DNA of 62,306 bases from an uncultured bacterium (GTDB lineage: Bacteria; Chloroflexota; Limnocylindria; QHBO01), in contig CBFGTN010000006.1 in assembly GCA_965652075.1 (NCBI GenBank), forward strand, positions 1-62,306, in the 5' to 3' direction. This document shows, piece by piece, positions 26,977 through 39,309 of this stretch. The notes under the pieces were generated by a model, which was given only the letters and a program-made list of their open reading frames with translations, had not been told where the DNA came from and ran no database searches. How positions within the stretch are numbered: the first letter of the stretch is position 1; every line of letters starts with the position of its first letter. Position numbers and translations under genes: made by a program.

Positions 26977-28347
26977 ATGTCCACGCCGTCCGTCAGCGCG
27001 CGGCCGCTTCGCGAGCGCTTCCCCGCGGACTTCGCCTGGGGGGCTGCCACATCGGCGTACCAGATCGAAGGCGCCGTCGACGCCGGCGGGCGCGGTCCGA
27101 GCATCTGGGACACGTATTCGCACACGCCGGGTCGGACCGAGGACGGGGGAACCGGCGACGTTGCCTGCGACCACTATCACCGCCTGGCCCAGGACCTCGA
27201 CCTCATGCGGTCCCTCGGCCTCGGCGCGTATCGGTTCAGCGTCGCGTGGCCGCGCGTCCAGCCGACCGGCAGCGGACCCGCGAACCCGGCCGGGCTCGAC
27301 TTCTACGACCGGCTCGTGGACGGGCTCCTCGAACGCGGAATCGACCCGTGGCTGACGCTCTTCCACTGGGACCTGCCGCAGCCCCTCGAGGATGCCGGTG
27401 GCTGGCCGGACCGAGAGGTCGTCGGCCGCTTCGCCGACTACACCGCCATCCTCGCGGACCGATTCGGCGACCGGGTCCGCAACTGGCTGACGCTGAACGA
27501 GCCGTGGTGCATCGCGATGCTCGGCTACGGGATCGGGCGTCATGCGCCGGGCCGGCAGGACTGGCCGGCGGCGCTGCGCGCCGCCCATCACACGCACCTC
27601 GCCCATCGCGCGGCCGTCGACGTCATCCGGGCGGCCGTGCCGGGGGCGCGGATCGGCATCCCGTTGAACCTCCATCACGTGGAGCCCGCGAGCGAGACCG
27701 ATGCGGACCGCGCCGCAGCCCGCCTGCACGACGGCACGGCGAACCGCTGGTTCCTCGACCCGGTGCTCGGTCGCGGCTATCCGCGTGACGTCGTCGAGAT
27801 GTATGGGCGGATCCTCGACGGGGTCGACGTCACCGAGCTCGACGGCGGCACGCCGGCGATCGACGTCCTCGGCATCAACTACTACACGCGCCACGTGGTC
27901 GGCGCGCCCCGTGACGGTGAGGTCGTCGACGGACCCGAGCCCACCGTCATGGTCGCCGGCGGGCTGCCGGTCACCGAGATGGGCTGGGAGATCCACGCCG
28001 ACGGCCTGCGGCTCCTCCTCGAGCGCATCCAGCGCGAATACGCGCCGCCGCCGCTGGCGATCACGGAGAACGGCGCGGCCTTCGTCGACGTCGTCGGTCC
28101 GGACGGATCGGTCGATGACGAACGGCGGGTGGCGTACTACCGCGATCACATCGCCGCGACCGCCGACGCGCTCGATGCGGGCGTTCCCGTCGAGGCCTAC
28201 TTCGCCTGGTCGCTCCTGGACAACTTCGAATGGGGGTTCGGGTACACGAAGCGGTTCGGCATCGTCCACGTCGACTACGAGACCCAGCGGCGGACGCTCA
28301 AGGCATCCGGCGCCTGGTATCGGGACCTGGTCGCGCGGTCAGGCTGA
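26977..28347 (+). CDS. GH1 beta-glucosidase
   Basis: WGAATSAYQIEG, TLNEP (acid/base), ITENG (nucleophile), WSLLDNFEW. Confidence 0.97.
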   Translation: MSTPSVSARPLRERFPADFAWGAATSAYQIEGAVDAGGRGPSIWDTYSHTPGRTEDGGTGDVACDHYHRLAQDLDLMRSLGLGAYRFSVAWPRVQPTGSGPANPAGLDFYDRLVDGLLERGIDPWLTLFHWDLPQPLEDAGGWPDREVVGRFADYTAILADRFGDRVRNWLTLNEPWCIAMLGYGIGRHAPGRQDWPAALRAAHHTHLAHRAAVDVIRAAVPGARIGIPLNLHHVEPASETDADRAAARLHDGTANRWFLDPVLGRGYPRDVVEMYGRILDGVDVTELDGGTPAIDVLGINYYTRHVVGAPRDGEVVDGPEPTVMVAGGLPVTEMGWEIHADGLRLLLERIQREYAPPPLAITENGAAFVDVVGPDGSVDDERRVAYYRDHIAATADALDAGVPVEAYFAWSLLDNFEWGFGYTKRFGIVHVDYETQRRTLKASGAWYRDLVARSG

Positions 28348-29220
28348 CGGAGCGGCTTCCAGGGTCACCCCCTCGTCGTCGACGGGCCAGAAGAGGGCGC
28401 CACTGGCAAACCCCCCGGCAAGGACGATCAGCGCGACGTCGGGAATCGGCCGGAGGGCCACGAGGAGCTCCAGCGCGGGCCCAGCTGACGCGCCGAGCAG
28501 CCACCACCAGCCGCCGGTGGCGAGGGTGGTGACCGTCGCACCGCAAGCGATCAGCACCTCGGGAAGCGGCGCGCGCGCGGTCGTGGCCAGAACGGCGGCG
28601 ATCGCCAGCGCTCCCGTGGCGATCACCCCGAGGCCAGCGGCAATGACCCAGGGCAGATACCCGACGCCATCCGCGCTGGTGGCCGTCGCCGTCGTCGCGA
28701 GCGGCGCGGCGGCCGACAGGACCGTGACGAGTCCGATGCCGACCGCGATCGCGACGCGCGGGCCACGCACCGGAAGCGATTCCGATCGCCACAGACCGAC
28801 GGCAAGCGCCGCGAACCCGATCGCCGACGCCATGGTGCCGACCAGGGTGACGATCGGGAGCGCGGACTGGACCACGTCGATCGACTCCGTCGTTCCGAGG
28901 ACGAACAGCCCGAGGAGCACTTCGCTGACGACCGCCAGGACCCCGGCGAGTGCCATGAAGATGACGCCGGTGACGAACCATCTACCCGCGGCGGGCCACC
29001 GTCCGGCACCGATCACGACGCCGGCGGCGACGAGGAAGGGGAGGGCGAGCTCCAGGGCGCGCACGAGCCGGTCCGCGGTGACGTACCAGCCGGCGATCGG
29101 GAAGTCGCGCGCGAACGTACCGATCGCGACGGAAACCGCAGCCATTGCGACGAGCAACCAGGCGCTCAACGGCACCCTGATCGGCCGCGTCTCGCGGATC
29201 ACCCCGTCCTCCTCGATCAT
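28339..29220 (-). CDS. Hypothetical polytopic membrane protein
   Basis: About 8 hydrophobic segments; start chosen at MIEEDG after GGAG. Confidence 0.7.
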   Translation of the reverse strand: MIEEDGVIRETRPIRVPLSAWLLVAMAAVSVAIGTFARDFPIAGWYVTADRLVRALELALPFLVAAGVVIGAGRWPAAGRWFVTGVIFMALAGVLAVVSEVLLGLFVLGTTESIDVVQSALPIVTLVGTMASAIGFAALAVGLWRSESLPVRGPRVAIAVGIGLVTVLSAAAPLATTATATSADGVGYLPWVIAAGLGVIATGALAIAAVLATTARAPLPEVLIACGATVTTLATGGWWWLLGASAGPALELLVALRPIPDVALIVLAGGFASGALFWPVDDEGVTLEAAPSA

Positions 29221-29366
29221 CTCCGCCGTGCTCCCTGACTCGCGGTCTCGCGAGCCATCATCATCCCGCCCGACGTTCGGTGGCAACGCCCGGATTCCCG
29301 CCAGCACTCGGCATGAATGCGCCGGAGACTGCGAAGGGCATGGCGGTGAGCACGTTCGAGACAAAC

Positions 29367-29380
29367 CGAACAGGCGTTCG
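29367..29380. promoter_or_regulatory. LexA (SOS) box, GAAC-N4-GTTC type
   Basis: CGAACAGGCGTTCG over the -35 region of the uvrA promoter (extended -10 TGtTAGCAT at 29396-29404). Confidence 0.85.
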
Positions 29381-29414
29381 TATCGGTCCCGAAACTGTTA
29401 GCATTGGCGACCGC

Positions 29415-32351
<2,937 letters not shown>

Positions 32352-32359
32352 TCGTCACT

Positions 32360-34006
32360 TCACGTCGTCGAGAGGCCCATCTCGGCGAGGAACGGTGAGG
32401 GCCGCGCGGGGTCGAAGGCGAGGACGAGCCGGCGCGTGGCGCGGGTGACCGCGACATACGCCAGCCGGCGCTCCTCCTCCATCGCGCGCGCGGGATCGTC
32501 GGCGTCGACGATCGACCGGCGGTTCGGAATGCGATCGGCTTCGAACCCGATGAGCACGACCGTCTCCCACTCGCGGCCCTTCGAGGCGTGGACCGTCGCG
32601 AGCTCGACCGGCGCATCCGGGTCACGCAGGCCGGCGATCCTGGTGCGGGCCGCCGCGTAGGCATCGCAGAAGGATTCCACCGTGCGAAAGCCTGTCGCCC
32701 AGCCGAGGAGCGCGTCGAGCGCCGCGTGGTCCTCGTCCGAGAGGAGGTCCCCGGACGCGCTTCCACGATCCCAGCCGCGCGCCGACCGCAAGCGTCGAAG
32801 GACGTGGAACGGATGGCCGGGATCGTCGGTCCCACGGGCCGCGGCGACGAGGTCGAGCAGCGGCTTGGCCTCGATGAGCGGCGGAACCGCCGCGGTGTGG
32901 CGAATCCCGGCGCGGACGAGCGAGTGCAGCATCGGCACGAGCTCCGACCGCGTCCGCGACAGGAAGCACAGGGGGCTGCCGGTCCGGTCGGCGCTTGCCG
33001 CCATCCGCACGACGGTCTCGGGCCACCTCGGATCCGCGCTCGACCGCGCCTCGAGCGCCATGGAGTCGCTCCCGACGCCGTCGGGAGCCCGGATCGGCTT
33101 CTCGAAGCGTTCGCGATTGACGGCGACCATTCGCGCGGACGCCTCGATCACCTGGCGCGGGCACCGATAGTTCGTCGCGAGCATCACGCGCCGCGCGGCG
33201 GGGTAGTCGCGCCCGAAGCGCAGGATGCGGCGGACATCCGCGAGCCGCCACGCATAGATCGTCTGGTCGTCATCTCCGACGACGAAGAGGTTGTCGTCCG
33301 GAGCGGCCAGGAGCCGCACGAGCCGGAGCTGCGCGGCGTCGACGTCCTGGAACTCGTCCACGCAGACATGCTCGAAGCGAGACTGCCAGCGCAAACGGAG
33401 GCTCGCGTCGGTCTCGAGGAGGCGCGCGGCCCGGACGACGAGATCGTCGAAGTCGACGGCGCCACGCGCCCTGAGCAGCTCCTCGTAGGTCCGCAGCACC
33501 GCCGTCGCCTCGGCCGGCGGCGATCGGCCCTCGACCTTCCAGGCCGACAGCCAGGTATCCAGCTGGGCGGGGTCGGGCGGCGAAGCCGAGGCGTTGGCCG
33601 TGGCATGACGCCGGCGTGCGGCGCGCAGGAGCGGGAGGCGGTCGGCGAGGATGTTCGTGCCCTCGCCTGCGTCGAGCAGAACCTGGCGAGCGAGCGCGTG
33701 GAGGGTCCGGATCTCGATGTCCGCGGCGCGCGGCACCTGCGCGCCCAGGCGACTCGCGACGCGAGTGGCCAGATCACGGGCGGCGTCGCGGTTGAAGGTG
33801 ACCACGCAGATCCGGGCGGGGTCGACACCCCGCTCGAGGAGCACCGCGAGGCGCGCGACCATCGTCGTCGTCTTTCCGCTGCCTGCCGGCGCGATGATCT
33901 GCGCAGGGCCGTTGGGCAGGGTCGCCGCCGCGCGCTGCTCGGGGTCGAGCGCATCGAGGATGGGTCCCAGGTCGATCCCGGCATGGGTCGCGACGGCGGT
34001 CTGCAT
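32360..34006 (-). CDS. Compact UvrD/PcrA/Rep-family SF1A helicase
   Basis: APAGSGKT, VDEFQD, VGDDDQTIY, TNYR, TVHASKGREW, EEERRLAYVAVTRA. Confidence 0.93.
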   Translation of the reverse strand: MQTAVATHAGIDLGPILDALDPEQRAAATLPNGPAQIIAPAGSGKTTTMVARLAVLLERGVDPARICVVTFNRDAARDLATRVASRLGAQVPRAADIEIRTLHALARQVLLDAGEGTNILADRLPLLRAARRRHATANASASPPDPAQLDTWLSAWKVEGRSPPAEATAVLRTYEELLRARGAVDFDDLVVRAARLLETDASLRLRWQSRFEHVCVDEFQDVDAAQLRLVRLLAAPDDNLFVVGDDDQTIYAWRLADVRRILRFGRDYPAARRVMLATNYRCPRQVIEASARMVAVNRERFEKPIRAPDGVGSDSMALEARSSADPRWPETVVRMAASADRTGSPLCFLSRTRSELVPMLHSLVRAGIRHTAAVPPLIEAKPLLDLVAAARGTDDPGHPFHVLRRLRSARGWDRGSASGDLLSDEDHAALDALLGWATGFRTVESFCDAYAAARTRIAGLRDPDAPVELATVHASKGREWETVVLIGFEADRIPNRRSIVDADDPARAMEEERRLAYVAVTRATRRLVLAFDPARPSPFLAEMGLSTT

Positions 34007-34155
34007 CGGCCGATCCTGCGGCCGCAGCGGTTACCCACCGCTTACGCCCGGCTTAGCCCGGTGACATGGCGATCGGTTCGGCCGTCAGGAGAGCCGAAGC
34101 CCTATCCTGTTGCCGCCCAAGCGCGACCGGAACCCAGCCGCAGCATGAGACCCAG

Positions 34156-35334
34156 GTGACCCGAGACCACGCACAGCACCAGAATGACCTGCCCTACGAC
34201 CGCGAGCTGATCCGCTCGGGCACGGCCTCGCAGCGGGGGAGCAGGCGCCAGCAGGCGCTCGATCGTCGGCCGGCTCAGCGACAGGGCACGCGGCGCCCAC
34301 GGTCCATCCTCAAGGTCATTCGGAATGTCCTCCTCCTCGCGCTCGTGGCGGTGATCGTCGGGGGCGTGCTGCTCGGCGTGCGCGCGGCCGCCTTCAACGC
34401 GACCGTCTCCACGGCCTCGTTCCCGTCGACGCAGCTGCTGTTCCCGCTGGGCGGCAGCGACCGCGTCAACATCCTGATGATCGGCTACGGCGGTGCCGGT
34501 CACGACGGCGCGTATCTGGCCGACTCGATCCAGATCCTGTCGATCGATCCGGAGACCGATACGACCACCACGATCCCCGTCCCGCGCGACCTCTGGATCG
34601 AGGGCATCGCCGCCTTTTCGCAGAACGGCAAGGTCAACGAGGTGTTCTCCAGCGGCGTTGTCAACGGCGGCGACGGCACCGACGGCCTCGACGCCGGGGG
34701 CGCGTTCATGGCGGAGGTCCTCTCGACGGTCACCGGCCTCCAGATCGACCACTGGCTGTCGATCGACTTCACCGGCTTTCGCGAGATGGTCGACGCCGTC
34801 GGTGGGGTGACGATCAACAACCCGGTCGGGTTCCGATACACGACGAACGAGCAGCAACACCGAAACGGACGATGGCCGACGGGCCACTTCCGGCGAGGCG
34901 AGCTCCACCTCGACGGGGCGCAGGCGCTGGCCTATGCCCGCGCGCGGTACACGAGCAAGGTGGAGGAGTCGACCGACTTCGCGCGCTCGGTCCGCCAGGC
35001 GCGAATCCTCGCCGCGCTGAAGGCGAAGGTCGGAGACGGGGGGATCGGCGCGATCGTCCCCGGTCTCGGGCTGATGGACGCGATGGAGGGCCGCGTCCGA
35101 ACCGACCTGTCGGTGATCGACCTCTTCCTGCTCTCGTCGCACCTCAGCAGCGATCGGCGCATCGAGCTCAGCGAGGGCCCGGTGCTGACGGCGACGACGA
35201 ACACCGATGGCCAGTACATCCTGATTCCCACCGGCTGGACGGGCCCCGGCGACTACGACGGTCTCCAGGCGTACCTGACCGACGAGCTCGCTCGCGCTCC
35301 GGAGCCGTCTCCGTCCGCGTCCAATGCGCCGTAG
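34156..35334 (+). CDS. LCP (LytR-CpsA-Psr) family glycopolymer transferase
   Basis: N-terminal TM, VNILMIG, IPVPRDLW, FREMVDAVGGV, LDGAQALAYARAR, DFARSVRQ; start uncertain. Confidence 0.92.
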   Translation: MTRDHAQHQNDLPYDRELIRSGTASQRGSRRQQALDRRPAQRQGTRRPRSILKVIRNVLLLALVAVIVGGVLLGVRAAAFNATVSTASFPSTQLLFPLGGSDRVNILMIGYGGAGHDGAYLADSIQILSIDPETDTTTTIPVPRDLWIEGIAAFSQNGKVNEVFSSGVVNGGDGTDGLDAGGAFMAEVLSTVTGLQIDHWLSIDFTGFREMVDAVGGVTINNPVGFRYTTNEQQHRNGRWPTGHFRRGELHLDGAQALAYARARYTSKVEESTDFARSVRQARILAALKAKVGDGGIGAIVPGLGLMDAMEGRVRTDLSVIDLFLLSSHLSSDRRIELSEGPVLTATTNTDGQYILIPTGWTGPGDYDGLQAYLTDELARAPEPSPSASNAP

Positions 35335-35803
35335 GCGGCGCCTCGGCGTCGCCGACCTCCCGCGCCTGATCCTCGGCGGCGTCATCGGCCTCGCCGGCCT
35401 TTTCTCGGGCCGATACGCCCGCGTCGAGGGGGCGCATGCCCTCGTCGTCGACGGCGACGGACGCATCCTCGTCGTGCGGCCGACCTACCTGCGGGAGTGG
35501 ATGCTGCCGGGGGGGCGAGTCGAGCGCCACGAGACGCCGCACGCGGCCGCGATCCGGGAGACGCTCGAGGAGACGGGGCTGGAGGTCGCGCTCGACCGCC
35601 TCGTCCTCATCGACGCGCACTCGCCCCGCGGGACCTCGTTCGTGTTCGCGGCCGACGTGACCGGAGGCGAGCTGGAGCCGCAGCTCGGCGAGATCGCCGA
35701 GGTCGGCTGGCTCGATCGCGACGAGATCGCGCGCACGTCGCCCGGCCTGCACCAGCTGCTCGGCGCGATCGATCGCGACGCCCGGTACCTCGGATTGTCC
35801 TGA
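35324..35803 (+). CDS. NUDIX hydrolase
   Basis: Nudix box GGRVERHETPHAAAIRETLEETGL; start uncertain. Confidence 0.88.
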   Translation: MRRRRRLGVADLPRLILGGVIGLAGLFSGRYARVEGAHALVVDGDGRILVVRPTYLREWMLPGGRVERHETPHAAAIRETLEETGLEVALDRLVLIDAHSPRGTSFVFAADVTGGELEPQLGEIAEVGWLDRDEIARTSPGLHQLLGAIDRDARYLGLS

Positions 35804-35840
35804 TGGGGTGCGGCCGCCGGGCCGAGCCTAGAATCGATCC

Positions 35841-37841
35841 ATGAGCCCGCAGCGCGCCCTCCCCGAGCCGCTGCGTGCCGTGCTGCGACGGCTCCCGACC
35901 GGGCCGGGCGTGTACCTGATGAAGAACGCGAACGGCCGGGTGCTGTATGTCGGCAAGGCCGATGCGCTTCGCAACCGCGTCCGCTCGTACTTCGGCGAGC
36001 GGCCGCCGGAGGACGTCCGGATCAGCCGGATGGTGACCGAGGTCGCGGACGTCGACTACATCGTCACCGACACGGTCAGCGAGGCGTACCTCCTCGAGAG
36101 CAACCTCATCAAGGAGCACCGGCCGCGCTTCAACATCCGGCTCCGGGACGACAAGAGCTACCCGTTCGTGAAGATCACGCTCGGCGAGGACTTCCCGCGG
36201 ATCGTTCGGACGCGGCGCCTGGTGCGCGACGGGAGCCGCTACTTCGGCCCGTACGCGTCGGCCTCGAGCGTCGACGAGACCCTGAAGCTGCTCCGCAAGA
36301 TCTTCCCGTTCCGCACGTGCAACCTCGAGATCCCCGAGGGCAAGCGCGTCCTCGAGCGCCCGTGCCTCCTCTACTTCATCAACCGCTGTCAGGGGCCGTG
36401 CATCCAGGCGATCGAGAAGGCTCCCTACCGCAAGACCATCGGACAGATCGTCGACTTCCTCGACGGCCGGCAGGAGCCGATTGCGCGGCAGCTGCAACGC
36501 GAGATGCGGGCGCACAGCGAGGCACTGCGCTACGAGCAGGCCGCGGTGGCGCGCGACAAGCTCCGCGCCGTCGAGCGGACGATGGAGCAGCAGAAGATGG
36601 CGGCGTTCAGCCGCGCCGAGCACGACGCGATCGGCATGGCGCGGGAGGAGGACGAGGCCTGCGTCCAGGTCATGCAGGTGCGCACCGGCAAGCTCATCGG
36701 CCGCGAGCACTTCATCGTCGAGGGCGCTCGCGACGTCTCCGACGCCGAGGTCCTCGGCTCGTTCCTGCAGCAGTACTACGCGACGACCGACGCGATCCCG
36801 CGCGCGCTCCTCGTGCCCGTCATGCCGATCGATGCGGACGACCTTGCGGCGTACCTCGCGGACCGGCGCGGCGTCCGCGTGACGATCTCCGTGCCCGAAC
36901 GCGGGGAGAAGCGGCGCCTCGTGGCCCTCGCGACCCAGAACGCCGTCGAGGCGCTCGAGCGGGAGCGCACCGAGTGGATGGCGGATGCCGCCCGCCGGGA
37001 TGAGGCGCTCAACGAGCTCGCCGATGCCCTGGAGCTGCCGAAACCGCCGGAGCGGATCGAGTGCTACGACATGAGCAACATCCAGGGAACGGCCGCGGTC
37101 GGCTCGATGGTCGTGTTCATCGACGGCAAGCCCGAGCCGCGCGAGTACCGTCGCTTCCGGATCCGCTCGGGCGACACGCCGGACGACTTCCGGATGATGG
37201 CCGAGGTGCTCCGACGCCGCTTCAGCCGCGTGGCGCGGCTCCGGACCGAGACCGGCGCGCTCTCGCTGGCGGCGGTCGGGGCGGACGAGGCGCCGGAGGG
37301 GGAGCGGGAGGACCGCGGGCTCGACGACCTCGATCCCGACGCCGGCCCGATCGACGACGACGCGGCGGCGCGCGCGCGGCGTGATGCGTCGTGGACCGTG
37401 CCGAACCTCGTGATCGTCGACGGCGGCAAGGGGCAGCTGTCCGCGGCCGTCGGCGCGCTGACCGAGCTCGGTATCACCGACGTGCCGCTGACCGGCCTCG
37501 CGAAGCGCTTCGAGGAGCTGTTCCTGCCCGAGCGTTCCGCCCCGATCGTCCTGCCCCGACGGTCGCAGGCGCTCTACCTCGTCCAGCGCATTCGCGACGA
37601 GGCGCATCGGTTCGCGATCACGTACCACCGGGACGTGCGCGGGAAGCGTGCGATGCGCAGCGAGCTTGACGACATCGCCGGCATCGGCCCCGGCCGGAAG
37701 AAGGCGCTGCTCAAGCGATTCGGGTCCGTGCGCCGGATCCGGGAAGCGACGATCGACGACGTGGCCGCCACGCCCGGCATCAGCCGCGACCTCGCCGAAC
37801 GCCTGAAGGCGCACCTCGCCCGCGAGGGGATGCTCGCCTAG
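35841..37841 (+). CDS. uvrC: Excinuclease ABC subunit C
   Basis: GIY-YIG (PGVYLM..LYVGKA), RIECYDMS, VDGGKGQ, RDEAHRFA, C-terminal HhH. Confidence 0.98.
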   Translation: MSPQRALPEPLRAVLRRLPTGPGVYLMKNANGRVLYVGKADALRNRVRSYFGERPPEDVRISRMVTEVADVDYIVTDTVSEAYLLESNLIKEHRPRFNIRLRDDKSYPFVKITLGEDFPRIVRTRRLVRDGSRYFGPYASASSVDETLKLLRKIFPFRTCNLEIPEGKRVLERPCLLYFINRCQGPCIQAIEKAPYRKTIGQIVDFLDGRQEPIARQLQREMRAHSEALRYEQAAVARDKLRAVERTMEQQKMAAFSRAEHDAIGMAREEDEACVQVMQVRTGKLIGREHFIVEGARDVSDAEVLGSFLQQYYATTDAIPRALLVPVMPIDADDLAAYLADRRGVRVTISVPERGEKRRLVALATQNAVEALERERTEWMADAARRDEALNELADALELPKPPERIECYDMSNIQGTAAVGSMVVFIDGKPEPREYRRFRIRSGDTPDDFRMMAEVLRRRFSRVARLRTETGALSLAAVGADEAPEGEREDRGLDDLDPDAGPIDDDAAARARRDASWTVPNLVIVDGGKGQLSAAVGALTELGITDVPLTGLAKRFEELFLPERSAPIVLPRRSQALYLVQRIRDEAHRFAITYHRDVRGKRAMRSELDDIAGIGPGRKKALLKRFGSVRRIREATIDDVAATPGISRDLAERLKAHLAREGMLA

Positions 37842-37974
37842 CACCCCTCCGGCATCGGCCGGGAAACTCGCTATACTCTGCCGCGCCCGCCGCTACGAAG
37901 CGGCGTGTTTCGTGTCCGGGGCGCTCGCCGCCCAGCACGACATCCCGACCGATTCGAGGGACCTTCGTCAGAGC

Positions 37975-39306
37975 ATGAGCTGGCGTCGCATCGCTCCGTG
38001 GGTGATCGGAGTGGTCGCCCTGGTGGCGATCTTCATCAACCTCCCGCGCACGACCCTTGGCCTCGATTGGCTCCCGACGGAGATTGCCGGCGTCGAGTTC
38101 AAGACCGTGCTCGGCCTCGATCTCAAGGGCGGCGTCCAGGTGACGCTCAAGGCCGAGCCGACGAGCGACGAGCCGATCCAGCCCGCCGACCTTGAGACTG
38201 CACGGTCGATCATCGAGCGACGCGTGGCCGGGATCGGCGTGAGCGAGCCCCAGGTGCGGACCGAGACCGCGGGCGACGGCTCGCAGCTGATCGTCGTCGA
38301 GGTGCCGGGCGTCAGCGACCCACAGCAGGTTCGCCGGCTCGTCGGATCGACCGGCCAGCTCCAGTTCATCGACCCGCTGGCCCAGACGCTCACCGACGAC
38401 CAGGACATCAGGCAGCTGATCGAGGACGGAAGCGTGAGCGTCCTCTTCGACGGCGGCGAGATCGACGTCTCGAGCGTCACGCCCGCGGTGGACGGCAACA
38501 TCATCGGCGTCCAGTTCTCGCTCAGCGATCGCGGCAGCGACATCTGGTGCACGTTCACCTCGGCGAACGTGGGCCTGCCGGGACCGATTGCGCTCGACGG
38601 GCGCGTGATCACGACGCCGACGATCCAGAACCCGATCTGCGGCGGCCAGACGATCATCACCGTCGGGCCGTCGACGCAGGCGAACGAGGCCGAGCGGACC
38701 GAGCTCTACAACACCCTCCGCTTCGGCGCGCTCCCGGTCTCGCTGCAGGAGCAGGAGGTGCGCGACGTCGACCCGACGCTCGGCGCGAACTTCCTCGTCC
38801 AGGCGCTCATCGCCGGGGCCGTCGGCCTGACGCTCGTCCTCGTCTTCATGATCGCGTACTACCGGTTGCCGGGCGTCCTCGCCGCGATCGCTCTCGTCTT
38901 CTACACGCTCGTGGTGTACGCGATCTTCCGCGTGATCCACGTGACCCTCACGCTCGCCGGCGTCGCGGCCTTCATCCTCTCGATCGGCATGGCGGTCGAC
39001 GCGAACATCCTCATCTTCGAGCGGATGAAGGAGGAGATTCGCGCCGGCAAAACGCTCGGCCCGGCGATCGAGGCCGGCTTCAACCGCGCCTGGTCGAGCA
39101 TTCTCGACTCGAACGTTGCGAGCCTGCTCGTGGCGGGCTGGCTGTACTGGCAGGGCACGACGGTCGTCCGCGGGTTCGCGCTCGTCCTGATCATCGGTGT
39201 GCTCGTCAGCATGTTCAGTGCGGTCACCGTCACCCGCACGATGCTGCGGCGCGTGATTCGTACGAGCTGGGGCCGGAACATCGAGCTCTATCACGTGGAG
39301 CGCTGA
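37975..39306 (+). CDS. secD: Protein translocase subunit SecD
   Basis: LGLDLKGG, LRFGALPV, IGMAVDANILIFERMKEE, VRGFA; an alternative GTG start lies at 37912. Confidence 0.96.
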   Translation: MSWRRIAPWVIGVVALVAIFINLPRTTLGLDWLPTEIAGVEFKTVLGLDLKGGVQVTLKAEPTSDEPIQPADLETARSIIERRVAGIGVSEPQVRTETAGDGSQLIVVEVPGVSDPQQVRRLVGSTGQLQFIDPLAQTLTDDQDIRQLIEDGSVSVLFDGGEIDVSSVTPAVDGNIIGVQFSLSDRGSDIWCTFTSANVGLPGPIALDGRVITTPTIQNPICGGQTIITVGPSTQANEAERTELYNTLRFGALPVSLQEQEVRDVDPTLGANFLVQALIAGAVGLTLVLVFMIAYYRLPGVLAAIALVFYTLVVYAIFRVIHVTLTLAGVAAFILSIGMAVDANILIFERMKEEIRAGKTLGPAIEAGFNRAWSSILDSNVASLLVAGWLYWQGTTVVRGFALVLIIGVLVSMFSAVTVTRTMLRRVIRTSWGRNIELYHVER

Positions 39307-39309
39307 CCG

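Noticed and set aside
37230-37395. Acidic insertion in the UvrC RNase H-like domain
   Set aside because: This position is known to be length-variable among UvrC proteins
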